A stretch of 64,000 nucleotides of DNA from Pirellulales bacterium (GTDB taxonomy: Bacteria; Planctomycetota; Planctomycetia; Pirellulales; UBA1268). Positions within the stretch are counted from its first letter, which is position 1, and each line of letters begins with the position of its first letter. Location: positions 512,328 to 576,327 of the forward strand of contig CBDFMH010000005.1 in NCBI GenBank assembly GCA_965249545.1, in the 5' to 3' direction. This document shows positions 38,001-50,345 of this stretch, one piece after another. Below the pieces are notes generated by a model. The model saw nothing but the letters and a program-made list of their open reading frames with translations, did no database searches and was not told the origin of the DNA. Made by a program: the position numbers and the translations under genes.

Positions 38001-38765
38001 ATGACTTCTACACGCTCACATTTTTTCGTAATTCTCGCTTTTCTTTGCTCAACAGTGCCACTACTGGCGAACGAAGCTGTTGTTGAAGACGCCATGACAG
38101 TAACGACCACTCCTGCTCACCGAATGAATGAGGGCAACAAGAGAAGAGGGCCGTGGTGGAAAGACAGACATGAAGAAAAACGGGCTCTTGCTGAACAAGG
38201 TGACTGGGAACTTGTCTTCCTTGGCGACTCGATAACACATGGCTGGGAAGGGAATGGACAAACAACTTGGAACAAATACTACGGCGACCGAAAAGCAATC
38301 AATCTAGGCTTCGGTGGAGACCGCACTGAGCACGTTCTATGGAGGCTCGATCACGGAGAGTTCGACGGGTACAAACCGCGTGTCGCTGTCATCATGATTG
38401 GGACAAACAACACGGGCCATGACATGCACCCTCCAGAAGCTATCGCTGCTGGAGTTAAAAAGATTGTTGCCACAATCCAAAACAAATCTCCGGACACAAA
38501 AATTTTATTGCTTGGAATATTTCCTCGTGGAGCCACCACGGATGACCCGAAGCGAGTAAACAATGACAACACCAATGCTCTTATCAGCACAATGGCTGAT
38601 GGAAAAAGAATCTTCTTCCTTAATATTAATAAGGAGTTTTTGACCGAAGATGGTGTACTGACAAAAGAAATCATGCCAGACCTCCTTCACCCAAAAGAGA
38701 AGGGCTATGCGATCTGGGCTGAGGCTATGGAACCTACGCTGGCACGACTTTATGACATGAAATAA
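38001..38765 (+). CDS. Secreted SGNH/GDSL hydrolase (PAF-acetylhydrolase-IB-like)
   Basis: Signal-like N-terminus. VFLGDSITHGW (block I), MIGTNN (block III), DLLHPKEKGY (block V). Confidence 0.85.
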   Translation: MTSTRSHFFVILAFLCSTVPLLANEAVVEDAMTVTTTPAHRMNEGNKRRGPWWKDRHEEKRALAEQGDWELVFLGDSITHGWEGNGQTTWNKYYGDRKAINLGFGGDRTEHVLWRLDHGEFDGYKPRVAVIMIGTNNTGHDMHPPEAIAAGVKKIVATIQNKSPDTKILLLGIFPRGATTDDPKRVNNDNTNALISTMADGKRIFFLNINKEFLTEDGVLTKEIMPDLLHPKEKGYAIWAEAMEPTLARLYDMK

Positions 38766-39131
38766 ATACCCCGATTGATAAAGTTCATGTGCGTACTGCC
38801 TCATGGCTAATCTTTACAAACTCATCCAACGTTTTTGAGATCACCACACTTGGGATTTGTAACTTCTAACGATTTCCTTATCGGCAACGAGCACTTCCTG
38901 ATTGGCTTCGCAAAAATGTTGAGCAAAGTGTCCTTGTCAAAAAAAAGCGTCTGACAATACAGAACGATGACACCTTCACTACTTTTTTCGGGGTTTTTGC
39001 AAGCAGCCCGTTTTGCAGCAGCCCATTCTTGTCACCGGGCCTCTCGCACGAGATAGAATCTCGGCAGAATTCATTTCATTTGCTGAAATATTCGATTGGT
39101 TCTGGATCTCCCCACCACTGGAGGCTTGGCC

Positions 39132-39293
39132 ATGACAATTTTGCTCAAGGTTGCAGTACTTGCGACAGTACTTCTATCGGGATGCACCGTCACGCCTTCT
39201 CGATCATCGCTTGCAGTAAACAAGACTATTGATCTTGATAAACAACCACTAGATGAAGCTCAGATCGAATTCCGAATGGACTGGATTCGATAG
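39132..39293 (+). CDS. Possible small lipoprotein
   Basis: MTILLKVAVLATVLLSGC lipobox-like N-terminus. 53 aa. Confidence 0.35.
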   Translation: MTILLKVAVLATVLLSGCTVTPSRSSLAVNKTIDLDKQPLDEAQIEFRMDWIR

Positions 39294-39333
39294 CACATTC
39301 CAGAAAGACTTTTTTTGCGATGTTTGGACGGAA

Positions 39334-40035
39334 CTACTTCGAGCCCCAAGAAGGAAGGCCAAGCTCTTCTCTTCTCCTTTTCATTGCTGAAAAATATTCA
39401 CCAAACTTGGCTCGCTGTTCAGGCGTTGTTCGATCGATCATTTTCTTTCGCCACGCATTCCGCTCATCCTCTGAACGATTTTTTGTCCACGGAGGTCCTT
39501 CTTTCTCACCATTATTTTTTGTAGCAGCAGAAGTTTTTGAAGAGTCTGCATCTGGCTTTTTCTTCGACCAACCTATGGCACCCATCACACTCTTGCCCGC
39601 CTCAAATGCCTGTCGCATAAACTCCATTTGACGGATTTGATTATCGAGATAGGCCTCTCTTTCAGTTTGAGGCAATTCAAAGTAGTTATTAACTGTTGCC
39701 TCCATTGATTCCATCATCATTTTCTTGCCGGGTTGCATCGCTTCTGATCTCAGATCCTCTGGTAACGCAGCAACCTTTGTCATCACTGTTGTGATTGCTG
39801 TAACACGCTCAACTGCATCTGCGGCACTCGCGGGCCCCTGCGTTGGCTTAAATTTCTTTGCCAAATCTTGCTGTAGATTTTTTATTTCAGTGACACGTGG
39901 ATCTTCGGCAGTGCCAAACATGCCCAGTGACCAACTCAGGGTCACGACAGCAACAACGCATGCCGTTCCTCCGACAATCCAACGCAAACGACTCGTGCCC
40001 TTCGTCTTCGCTTCTACTTTTTTTGTTTTCTTCAT
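39334..40035 (-). CDS. Hypothetical membrane-anchored, charged helical protein
   Basis: 233-aa ORF. N-terminal helix WIVGGTACVVAVVTLSW. Lys/Glu/Arg-rich remainder. Confidence 0.6.
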   Translation of the reverse strand: MKKTKKVEAKTKGTSRLRWIVGGTACVVAVVTLSWSLGMFGTAEDPRVTEIKNLQQDLAKKFKPTQGPASAADAVERVTAITTVMTKVAALPEDLRSEAMQPGKKMMMESMEATVNNYFELPQTEREAYLDNQIRQMEFMRQAFEAGKSVMGAIGWSKKKPDADSSKTSAATKNNGEKEGPPWTKNRSEDERNAWRKKMIDRTTPEQRAKFGEYFSAMKRRREELGLPSWGSK

Positions 40036-40287
40036 ATTTCAAATGGGTTCGTTATAGATTTTCTGAGTATCCATCACGCGTTGGTAGCACGAGCCTGAAA
40101 CACATACGACTGAGCTCTTTTAGAGATCAGATAGAATTCATGACCTTGGCACGATTCCATCAAATTTACCAGACACATTATCTTTTTGCTGCATATTGAT
40201 CTGAAACGATACACATTCACGCACATACGCCATACCAGTTGTACTGAGAGTGTTATATTGAACGCTTGAGAGACCCAAAAGTTCTGA

Positions 40288-42516
<2,229 letters not shown>

Positions 42517-42564
42517 TGGCTTGCATTGCATGATTTGTACAACGTCACCCTCTTGGGCACGCTG

Positions 42565-44247
42565 TCATGCCTCTCCGGACAAGGCTTCCACAATATTTTC
42601 AAAATGACTGAATAGGTGTGAATGGCCATTCAGTATGGACAGTACGACAGACGTAACTGTAGGTGGCACACCGGCATTGGTAAGTTCTTCAAGCTGCTTC
42701 GACCTGAGTTCTTTGATTTGGAATCGCACACGTTCTCTGACAGAGGCAAATTCTTTGAGAGCATCCTGATCTTTCGTACGAAGTGCTGTATTTATTTCTT
42801 TCAAAGCTGACTGGGTGCAGTCAGTCAATTCTGTAATGCAGTTTTGGAAATTTGATGAGACATCGGATCCATGCCGTCTCATCTTTTCATCCAATTGCTC
42901 AAGATTATCTATGCAGTCACTAACTGATTCGTATTCATGAGCTATTCTCAATTGCCTACGTATCTCATCCGCAACATCATGTGGCAACGCACTCGCAAAA
43001 AGCTTTGTCATAAATGTCGTTATTTCTTCCTGAATAGTATCCAGCGATATCTCGTACTCTCTTAGCTGGCTACCGAGCCGACTGTCTGAGGTATTTTTTT
43101 GTCTCAATTCCGACAAAACATCGAGCATCTTTTCACAACTGTCTCCCATTCGTTCTAGTTCTTTTTTTGATTGCTCGATCGCTAACACAGGATTATCCAG
43201 CATACGCATATCTAATCCGGTAAGACGTGGCTTCTCTTTCAATTCTTTTGACGGAACAATCCGCTCTAGGACTCGAACAAGCATCCCAACAAACGGAATA
43301 AATAACACGACATTCGCTATGTTAAAAATACTGTGGGTTGCAGCTATTGCTGGTGTCGTATTCGGAAACGTAGCGAAACCATCGACCATCACTTCTTTCA
43401 AAACATCTACATGGATAATCCACTGCACAAGTTGGATATACCATTGAAAAACAAGGGTGATCCAAAACACTCCGGTGAGATTAAAGAGAACATGAAAGTA
43501 GGCTGCCCTGCGGGCATTTGTTGTTGCGCCTAAAGATGCCAGCAATGCTGTAATTGTTGTGCCGACATTCTCACCGATAACAAGTGCGGCTGCGGTCTCA
43601 TAAGATATGACCCCTTGGTAAGCAAGAGATATCGTGATCCCCAAGGTTGCTGAAGAAGACTGTACCATGGTCGTAAGAATACAGCCCACCATGCAACACT
43701 TGAGCACACCGAGATAGCTATCTGCCTGAAAGGCTTGAAACCACGTTGCGAAGTCTGGTGTTTCTTTAATGATGCCACACGCATCTTTCATGAGCTCCAA
43801 ACCGAAAAACACCATTCCGGTTCCCATGAGTCCCATCGCATAGTACCGCCAGCGATCCTTCCGTGAAAACAGGTACACAAAAGCCGAGCAGCCAAGAAGT
43901 GGCAAGCCATACTTTCCGATTTTAAGGACTAATATCCATCCAGTGATTGTTGTCCCAATATTCGCCCCCATGATGACACCTACCGCTTGCACTAGGCTCA
44001 TCACACCACTGTTCACAAAGCCAACAACCATAACAGTGGTAATGGAACTTGACTGAACAATGCAGGTCACAATAACCCCAACAATAATCGCAAAAAAACG
44101 ATTGCCGGTTACGGTACTGATAAGCCGACGCAAGCTATTTCCAGCGACAGCTTGCATGCCCTCAGACATGAACTTCATGCCGAGCAGAAAGATGCCCAGA
44201 CCTCCAATGAGTTCGCCAACAAGATGTACTAAAGACGTGAGATTCAC
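42565..44247 (-). CDS. Na+/phosphate cotransporter family protein with C-terminal PhoU-like domain
   Basis: Repeated QSSSITTVMVVGF and QSSSATLGITISLA motifs. Hydrophobic N-terminal two thirds and helical C-terminal third. Confidence 0.9.
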   Translation of the reverse strand: MNLTSLVHLVGELIGGLGIFLLGMKFMSEGMQAVAGNSLRRLISTVTGNRFFAIIVGVIVTCIVQSSSITTVMVVGFVNSGVMSLVQAVGVIMGANIGTTITGWILVLKIGKYGLPLLGCSAFVYLFSRKDRWRYYAMGLMGTGMVFFGLELMKDACGIIKETPDFATWFQAFQADSYLGVLKCCMVGCILTTMVQSSSATLGITISLAYQGVISYETAAALVIGENVGTTITALLASLGATTNARRAAYFHVLFNLTGVFWITLVFQWYIQLVQWIIHVDVLKEVMVDGFATFPNTTPAIAATHSIFNIANVVLFIPFVGMLVRVLERIVPSKELKEKPRLTGLDMRMLDNPVLAIEQSKKELERMGDSCEKMLDVLSELRQKNTSDSRLGSQLREYEISLDTIQEEITTFMTKLFASALPHDVADEIRRQLRIAHEYESVSDCIDNLEQLDEKMRRHGSDVSSNFQNCITELTDCTQSALKEINTALRTKDQDALKEFASVRERVRFQIKELRSKQLEELTNAGVPPTVTSVVLSILNGHSHLFSHFENIVEALSGEA

Positions 44248-44366
44248 AGGAGCGTTCCAGATGGCTATTTAGTGATCTGAATAGGAGTATACTGGGGCCA
44301 TACAGTCTAGAGACAAAGAAAACTTTTCATAGTTGTCTTTACAGAGGCAACATTTTGGCACATTTC

Positions 44367-44669
44367 ATGAAGTGGGAATCGCACGATCTTGTTGTCTACA
44401 GTAAACAGAAACATAGTGTTTCTCCAGGTCCGCGGGCCCGTGAAGTTGATGCCGCCACACGTGGGGAAACCTATTCGTATACCGTAGACAAGTTTTGGGT
44501 CATTAAGCAGCTGCTTGAAGATGGACAACTGCTTCTCATCACGCGTACTGGAAAGCAACACGCGATTCACCCAAATGATCCAAATCTCCGGAAAGCCACA
44601 CTCTGGGAGAGGTGGTATTACCGCCAACGGTACCGAGAAATAGAAGCTCTTCTCTCAAATGAAAAGTAA
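44367..44669 (+). CDS. Hypothetical small protein between the Na/Pi transporter and pstS
   Basis: 100-aa ORF from the first ATG (MKWESHDLVVY...), protein-like composition. The ORF-track TTG is at 44355. Confidence 0.45.
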   Translation: MKWESHDLVVYSKQKHSVSPGPRAREVDAATRGETYSYTVDKFWVIKQLLEDGQLLLITRTGKQHAIHPNDPNLRKATLWERWYYRQRYREIEALLSNEK

Positions 44670-44814
44670 TTTTGTTTTATTCGCTTCATACGAAAGCAAA
44701 TGATCTTTGAAGAGACATACAAATACTCACGAAAACCACACACAAATGAGTATGTTAAGGGATTGGTGAAGATTGAAACTTTGTCACTTTTCCATAATTC
44801 AAGGTGATGACTGT

Positions 44815-45831
44815 ATGGACTTTCTTGCTTGTAAAATAAATCTCCAGACCCTTCTGGTTTTTCTTTTGCTTTTCTTCCCTGTAGGGAACCTTCAATCTTT
44901 TGTCTCCTCGAAGTCACTTGCACAAGAAATTGATCCTAAGTTACAGCCTTATCACTCCGTCAGTGGTGAAGTAGCCGGCTCTCTGAAGTACATCGGCTCT
45001 GATACGATGAATAATCTGGTTGCGTTGTGGACGGAAGGTTTTAAGAAATTTTACCCAAGTGTTCGTGAGGGTATCGAGGGCAAGGGTTCCTCGTCTGCAC
45101 CACCAGCTCTCATGGAAGGCACAAGCACTTTTGGCCCAATGAGTCGACCTTGGAAAGCACGTGAAATTAATTCCTTCAAAGACCATTTTGGTTATGCACC
45201 GACCGTCATCCCAACCGCAATCGATATGCTCACTGTGTATGTCCATAAAGACAATCCCATCACCGGTCTTTCACTTCAGCAAATAGATGCCATCTTTTCA
45301 AAAAATCGTAACGGTGGAATGAAAAAGGCTGTTATAACATGGGGCCAACTGGGGCTTACCGGTGCTTGGCGAGACAAACCGATACGACTCTATGGCCGGA
45401 ATTCTGCAAGCGGTACATATGGCTATTTCAAAGAGCATGCTCTTTTCAAGGGAGACTTTAAACCAAGTGTCAAGGAGCAGCCGGGCAGTTCTTCTGTTGT
45501 TCAGTCAATTGCGAATGATTGTTATGGGATTGGGTATAGCGGTATTGGCTATAAAACCGCCGATGTCAGAGCGCTCCCCTTGAGCTCAACCAATCGCGGC
45601 AAACAGGTTACTCCGAATGCAAAAAATGCCTACTCTGGAGAATATCCCCTCATTCACTTTCTCTATCTAAGTGTAAATTACAAGCCTGGCAGTGAACTCG
45701 AACCACTTCGTCGAGAATTCTTGAAGTATGTTCTGAGCGCAACTGGTCAAGCAGATGTTTTGAAAGTTGGCTACCTACCAGTAACACATAAAATATCTGA
45801 AAGAAGCCTTCGACGTATTGGTGTGAACTGA
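44815..45831 (+). CDS. pstS: Phosphate ABC transporter substrate-binding protein
   Basis: Signal from MDFLACKINLQTLLVFLLLFF. GSDTMNNLV, GKGSSSAPPALMEGT, GRNSASGTY. First gene of the pstSCAB-phoU set. Confidence 0.85.
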   Translation: MDFLACKINLQTLLVFLLLFFPVGNLQSFVSSKSLAQEIDPKLQPYHSVSGEVAGSLKYIGSDTMNNLVALWTEGFKKFYPSVREGIEGKGSSSAPPALMEGTSTFGPMSRPWKAREINSFKDHFGYAPTVIPTAIDMLTVYVHKDNPITGLSLQQIDAIFSKNRNGGMKKAVITWGQLGLTGAWRDKPIRLYGRNSASGTYGYFKEHALFKGDFKPSVKEQPGSSSVVQSIANDCYGIGYSGIGYKTADVRALPLSSTNRGKQVTPNAKNAYSGEYPLIHFLYLSVNYKPGSELEPLRREFLKYVLSATGQADVLKVGYLPVTHKISERSLRRIGVN

Positions 45832-46002
45832 ATGAAATCACACGTTTTGACGAAACCATACAAATACAGTAAACCGTCTGTTAGCAGACTATTAAAACGA
45901 GTGGTTAAGAGGAACGTGTTTCTTCGACTTTTTAACTGTTCGTCACTGGAAGACAGTGTTGTTTTAATTGGCTTCACTCAATTTATTTATCAGCCGTGAT
46001 CC

Positions 46003-48627
46003 ATGAATCAGCCGGCAACATATACTGGGCGCAGGAAAAGCACTGCGACACGCGCTGCAGTTTTACTCAGTGACAAAATTGCCCACTTTGTTATTACGCT
46101 AGGTGGCCTAACAACAATTGCCGCGGTCCTTCTTGTTGGTGTTTTCCTATTTGTTGTAGCACTTCCGCTCTTTCATTCTGCCACCACTGAACTGAAACAA
46201 TCTATTGCATTCAATCTGCCGAACAATCAACTGTTTGCTTCTGGTCTTGATGAATCCGGCTCTCTAGTTTGGTTTTGTAATACAGATGAAATTGCTGTTA
46301 TTGAAATTAAGACTGGCAACAAACTTCTTTCACGTTCGACAGAGAGTTGCGGGCTTCAACAAGCTTCTTCTATTTACCAACCCCAAAGTAATCTACAGTC
46401 GGCTTTTGGTTTTGCGGATGGCACAATTCGCACCGGACGAATTGGTCTTGTTACTTCGTATGTTCCTCAAGCAAAAATTCCACGGCAGGCAGAATCTCTA
46501 AACGTTGGTGACCTTATCACCATAGATAATGTGATTTATCTTCGGTCATCAAAGAATATAACGAAAAAAATTGTGCTTCGGGCTGACCTGGATGAACCTC
46601 TATCCGCCGGCCTAACACGACCGATCATCAATATTGACTTGGCAATGACTACAAACGGTTTCTGCATCGCAGCGATTGATGATCGAGGAAATATACATGT
46701 TGAAAAAAACTCTTTTCAAAAAAATCTGATCACTGATGAAAGTTCCGTAAGCACGTTAGAAACTACTCTCAAGGAAGAGCAAGACCACTCAGATTTTCGT
46801 TTTGTTCGGGTTTCTGGACTTGGAGATCAACTGTTTGTGTTTACTCCATCTGGATTCTTCAAGCGTTTTGTCATTCGAGATGTAACAAGCCCGGTATTAA
46901 TGGAGCAGCGTCAATTGCTTCAGAAAAACCGAACAATTACTCACATCACTCGACTTTTCGGTGGATCTTCTTTCGTACTTGGTGACGACAGTGGCACAAC
47001 AAGCATTCTATTCACCTCCAGAGACACCGGACTCAATACAAAAGATGGTTTAGCAACGAAAATCACTGCTACATTTTCCTCTCGACCAAACGATAGTTAC
47101 CAGCAAAAAAAAGATGCACGAATTACAGCTATTTCTTCTTCACCAAGATCGCGTCTTTTTGCTATAGCTTCAGCAGACGGCTTTGTTCGACTCCTGCATG
47201 CTTCAAATCACTCAATCGTGGCTGAGATTAGTCCAGAGAAAGAATCGGTTCTAACCCAAAAACCTCGCGTCCTTCTACTTGGTTCACGCGAACAAAATCT
47301 TGTTGTCTATGATGGAAAGAATCTGGCTTCCTGGGATGTCGCCCCTGGCTATCCGGAGGTTTCTTTCGGCGCGCTCTTCGGAAAAATCTGGTACGAGAAC
47401 TATCCGGGCAGTGACTATGCTTGGGAAACAACTGGACACGAATCCTTCGAGCCAAAATATAGTCTGGTACCGCTTTTGTTCGGGACTATCAAAGCCACTA
47501 TCTACTCAATGTTATTCGCGACACCAATTGCTATTTTTGCAGCAATCTATGTAAGTCAGTTTATGACTCCCTCATGGAAGTCTCGAATAAAACCAATAAT
47601 TGAGATGATGGCAAGCCTCCCAAGTGTTGTACTCGGGTTCATTGCTGGTCTTATTCTCGCTCCGCTCATTGAAAGCGGGGTGATGATTTTTGTAACAAGC
47701 CTTTTCACGGTTCCGGTCACGCTTCTCATTGGTGCTTTTTTGTGGCAGTTCTGGCCCCCTGGATTCCGCAGTCGAGTATCAAGCTGGCGATTCCCTGTTG
47801 TCCTCGTTGTTGCAGTACCTCTCGGTATTCTTCTAGGATCGGTTTTTGCAAAACCGACAGAATCTCTTCTTTTTGATGGTGACCTTTTTGCTTGGCTGAA
47901 TGGTCGAGGTGCAAGCGGTTGGGGAGGTTGGGTACTTGCTTTATTTCCTGTTTCAGCGATAGTCGCCACTCTTGTAATCAGTCGATTAATTAATCCATGG
48001 ATTCGGCAGCGAAGCAGGAAATGGGGACACTGGAAGACTGTTCTCGCAGCCTTCTCTGTTTTTATTGTTGGCTTTTTTCTTGCTGGCATGATCTCAATGG
48101 CTGCTGCAATGTTTCTTGATGCTTTACGATGGGAGACTCGAAGTGGCATCTTTGGCACCTACGTACAACGTAATACCATGATTGTTGCCATCGGCATGAG
48201 TTTCGCGATCATACCGCTTATATTCACAATTGCTGACGATGCTTTATCGAGCGTTCCTGATCATCTTCGGAGTGGTTCACTAGGCACTGGTGCAACCCCG
48301 TGGCAAACAACAGTTCGTATCATTTTACCCACCGCGGCAAGCGGACTCTTTTCAGCTGTCATGATTGGTGCAGGACGAGCCATTGGGGAGACAATGATTG
48401 TCTTAATGGCCGCAGGAAATACACCCATTATGGATTGGAATATTTTCAGTGGGTTTCAGACATTATCTGCAGCAATTGCAACAGAACTGCCGGAGGCAAC
48501 ACAGGGGTCGACACATTATCGCATCCTTTTTTTAGCAGCAGTACTTTTGTTTGTTCTGACATTTTTTATCAATACAGTAGCCGAGGTTGTACGACAACGA
48601 TTCCGAAGGAGAGCACATGAACTCTAG
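46003..48627 (+). CDS. pstC: Phosphate ABC transporter permease, long form with ~420-aa periplasmic N-terminal domain
   Basis: C-terminal third has the ABC permease EAA-type region (SLGTGATPWQTTVRIILPTAASGL). One N-terminal helix, then a long non-membrane region. Confidence 0.85.
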   Translation: MNQPATYTGRRKSTATRAAVLLSDKIAHFVITLGGLTTIAAVLLVGVFLFVVALPLFHSATTELKQSIAFNLPNNQLFASGLDESGSLVWFCNTDEIAVIEIKTGNKLLSRSTESCGLQQASSIYQPQSNLQSAFGFADGTIRTGRIGLVTSYVPQAKIPRQAESLNVGDLITIDNVIYLRSSKNITKKIVLRADLDEPLSAGLTRPIINIDLAMTTNGFCIAAIDDRGNIHVEKNSFQKNLITDESSVSTLETTLKEEQDHSDFRFVRVSGLGDQLFVFTPSGFFKRFVIRDVTSPVLMEQRQLLQKNRTITHITRLFGGSSFVLGDDSGTTSILFTSRDTGLNTKDGLATKITATFSSRPNDSYQQKKDARITAISSSPRSRLFAIASADGFVRLLHASNHSIVAEISPEKESVLTQKPRVLLLGSREQNLVVYDGKNLASWDVAPGYPEVSFGALFGKIWYENYPGSDYAWETTGHESFEPKYSLVPLLFGTIKATIYSMLFATPIAIFAAIYVSQFMTPSWKSRIKPIIEMMASLPSVVLGFIAGLILAPLIESGVMIFVTSLFTVPVTLLIGAFLWQFWPPGFRSRVSSWRFPVVLVVAVPLGILLGSVFAKPTESLLFDGDLFAWLNGRGASGWGGWVLALFPVSAIVATLVISRLINPWIRQRSRKWGHWKTVLAAFSVFIVGFFLAGMISMAAAMFLDALRWETRSGIFGTYVQRNTMIVAIGMSFAIIPLIFTIADDALSSVPDHLRSGSLGTGATPWQTTVRIILPTAASGLFSAVMIGAGRAIGETMIVLMAAGNTPIMDWNIFSGFQTLSAAIATELPEATQGSTHYRILFLAAVLLFVLTFFINTVAEVVRQRFRRRAHEL

Positions 48628-50302
48628 TCGGTTTCTGAGGCACAACATCCGTTCCCCATTTTCTGGGCTCATGGCACATGGTGAACCGTGGGTCTGGTTG
48701 ATGTCAGGATCTCTTGCTGTCGCAGTGACGATGATTGTGGGCCTTCTGTTGTTCATAACAGTACGCGGCTCTCTTCATTTTTGGCCACGTCCACTCTACG
48801 AAATTACGCTGCGCGATGGTGAGACTTGTCTTGGTGAAGTAACGTCTCGTGAGACGGTATCAAATAATCCTCAGGAGGATGAAACATTTGATGACCGTCG
48901 CCTCGTACATATTGCTAACTTTGAATTGACGGGAACGCACTACAGATGGATCAATGAAAGCGATATCGCTACTACGCAACAACCCAAGTTCGCAACCGTA
49001 GTTGAACGGCTCGAGGGTGGCCGCTTTCATGGCTTTCCCGTGCGTGTCTTAAAAAATGGCGTTGCAGTAAGCATTGGTCCAGAAACGGCGTGGTTAAAGT
49101 ACAAAGAAATTGCTCCAGCTATTCGCCAACAATTTCGTGACGCAAACCATTTAGACAAACACGAGCGAGGAGAATTACAACAACGGCTCCGAAGTGCTCG
49201 GCTTGCCATGTTTAATGCTCGGCTCAAGTATGGTACCGAGGAGAACTCCTTCGTAGATGCCGCACGAGATAAAGAAAAAAAAATTTCAAAAGAAGTTGCC
49301 ACACTCTCAAGTCGTCTTGACAAAAAGCTGGCATCGCTACGAAAGGTTAGTCAAGCCTGGAGCTTTGAATTTGAAACTGCAGAAGGTCATTCCGTCATTC
49401 TTCCCATAGAAGAGATCGTTCAAGCATGGCAGCCTAATAACCTTGGATTTTTGCGCACGCTCCGTGTTTTTGGAGCACGATGGTGGGAGTTTCTTTCTGA
49501 TGATCCACGAGAAGCAAATAGTGCCGGCGGGGTTTTCCCTGCCATTTGTGGAACAGTCAGTATGACTCTCTTCATGGCCCTTCTCGTTGCACCATTTGGA
49601 GTTCTTGCGGCACTCTACCTGCGTGAATATTCCGCCGACGGCCCCCTCACTGCTACGGTCAGAATTGCAATCAATAACTTGGCTGGTGTTCCAAGCATTG
49701 TTTATGGTGCTTTTGGTATTGGTTTTTTCTGTTACGGCGTCGGCGGATGGATTGACGAATTGTTTTTTAGTGCAAGTTTGCTTGCCGACAATCAACCAAC
49801 GTATGGCACAGGTGGTCTTTTATGGGCATCACTGACATTGGCTTTACTGACGCTACCCGTCGTCATCATAGCGACTGAAGAAGCCCTGGTAGCTGTGCCA
49901 AATTCAATGAGAGAAGGATCTTACGCGTGCGGTGCCAGTAAGTGGCAAACTATTTACCGTATCGTCCTGCCGAGAGCATTACCGGGAATATTGACCGGGT
50001 TGATTTTAGCAATGGCTCGTGCAGCTGGTGAGGTTGCACCGCTCATGCTTGTCGGGGTGAAAAAGGTTGCACTGGATCTTCCTATCGATACATCGTTCCC
50101 ATACATTCATCCCGAGCGAGAATTCATGCACCTTGCCTACCTCGTATACGATGTTGGCTTCCAAAGCCCAAACAGTCAGGCAGCAAAGCCTATGGTCTTC
50201 ACAATTACATTGTTGCTTGTGGCTTTGATTGCTTCGCTCAATATCACTGCAATCTACATACGATCACACCTAAAGCGACGCTATGTACCTCAACACTTTT
50301 AA
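48617..50302 (+). CDS. pstA: Phosphate ABC transporter permease, long form
   Basis: ATG at 48617 overlaps the pstC 3' end by 11 nt. One N-terminal helix, ~260-aa periplasmic insert, then the permease core (GASKWQTIYRIVLPRALPGILTG). Confidence 0.85.
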   Translation: MNSSRFLRHNIRSPFSGLMAHGEPWVWLMSGSLAVAVTMIVGLLLFITVRGSLHFWPRPLYEITLRDGETCLGEVTSRETVSNNPQEDETFDDRRLVHIANFELTGTHYRWINESDIATTQQPKFATVVERLEGGRFHGFPVRVLKNGVAVSIGPETAWLKYKEIAPAIRQQFRDANHLDKHERGELQQRLRSARLAMFNARLKYGTEENSFVDAARDKEKKISKEVATLSSRLDKKLASLRKVSQAWSFEFETAEGHSVILPIEEIVQAWQPNNLGFLRTLRVFGARWWEFLSDDPREANSAGGVFPAICGTVSMTLFMALLVAPFGVLAALYLREYSADGPLTATVRIAINNLAGVPSIVYGAFGIGFFCYGVGGWIDELFFSASLLADNQPTYGTGGLLWASLTLALLTLPVVIIATEEALVAVPNSMREGSYACGASKWQTIYRIVLPRALPGILTGLILAMARAAGEVAPLMLVGVKKVALDLPIDTSFPYIHPEREFMHLAYLVYDVGFQSPNSQAAKPMVFTITLLLVALIASLNITAIYIRSHLKRRYVPQHF

Positions 50303-50345
50303 AAGCTCGGGGAAATACCTACTTTCAATCATTCTCTGGTAAAAT

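Noticed and set aside
44781-44800. Possible Pho-box-like motif TTGTCACTTTTCCATAATTC upstream of pstS, with similar strings at 44333-44343 (TTGTCTTTACA) and 19244-19264 (TTGTCTTTTCTATTCAATCTG)
   Set aside because: The motif is short, AT-rich and degenerate. The positions (15-50 nt from start codons) are equally compatible with ordinary promoter elements. One instance precedes an esterase with no clear phosphate link. It needs a genome-wide motif test before any claim.
47556-48158. 200-aa minus-strand ORF antisense to pstC. The same applies to similar antisense ORFs at 2216-2734, 32055-32615, 49337-49795 and 55353-55784.
   Set aside because: Each lies entirely inside a well-supported gene on the other strand. 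The compositions are low-complexity (Arg/Pro/Thr-rich).
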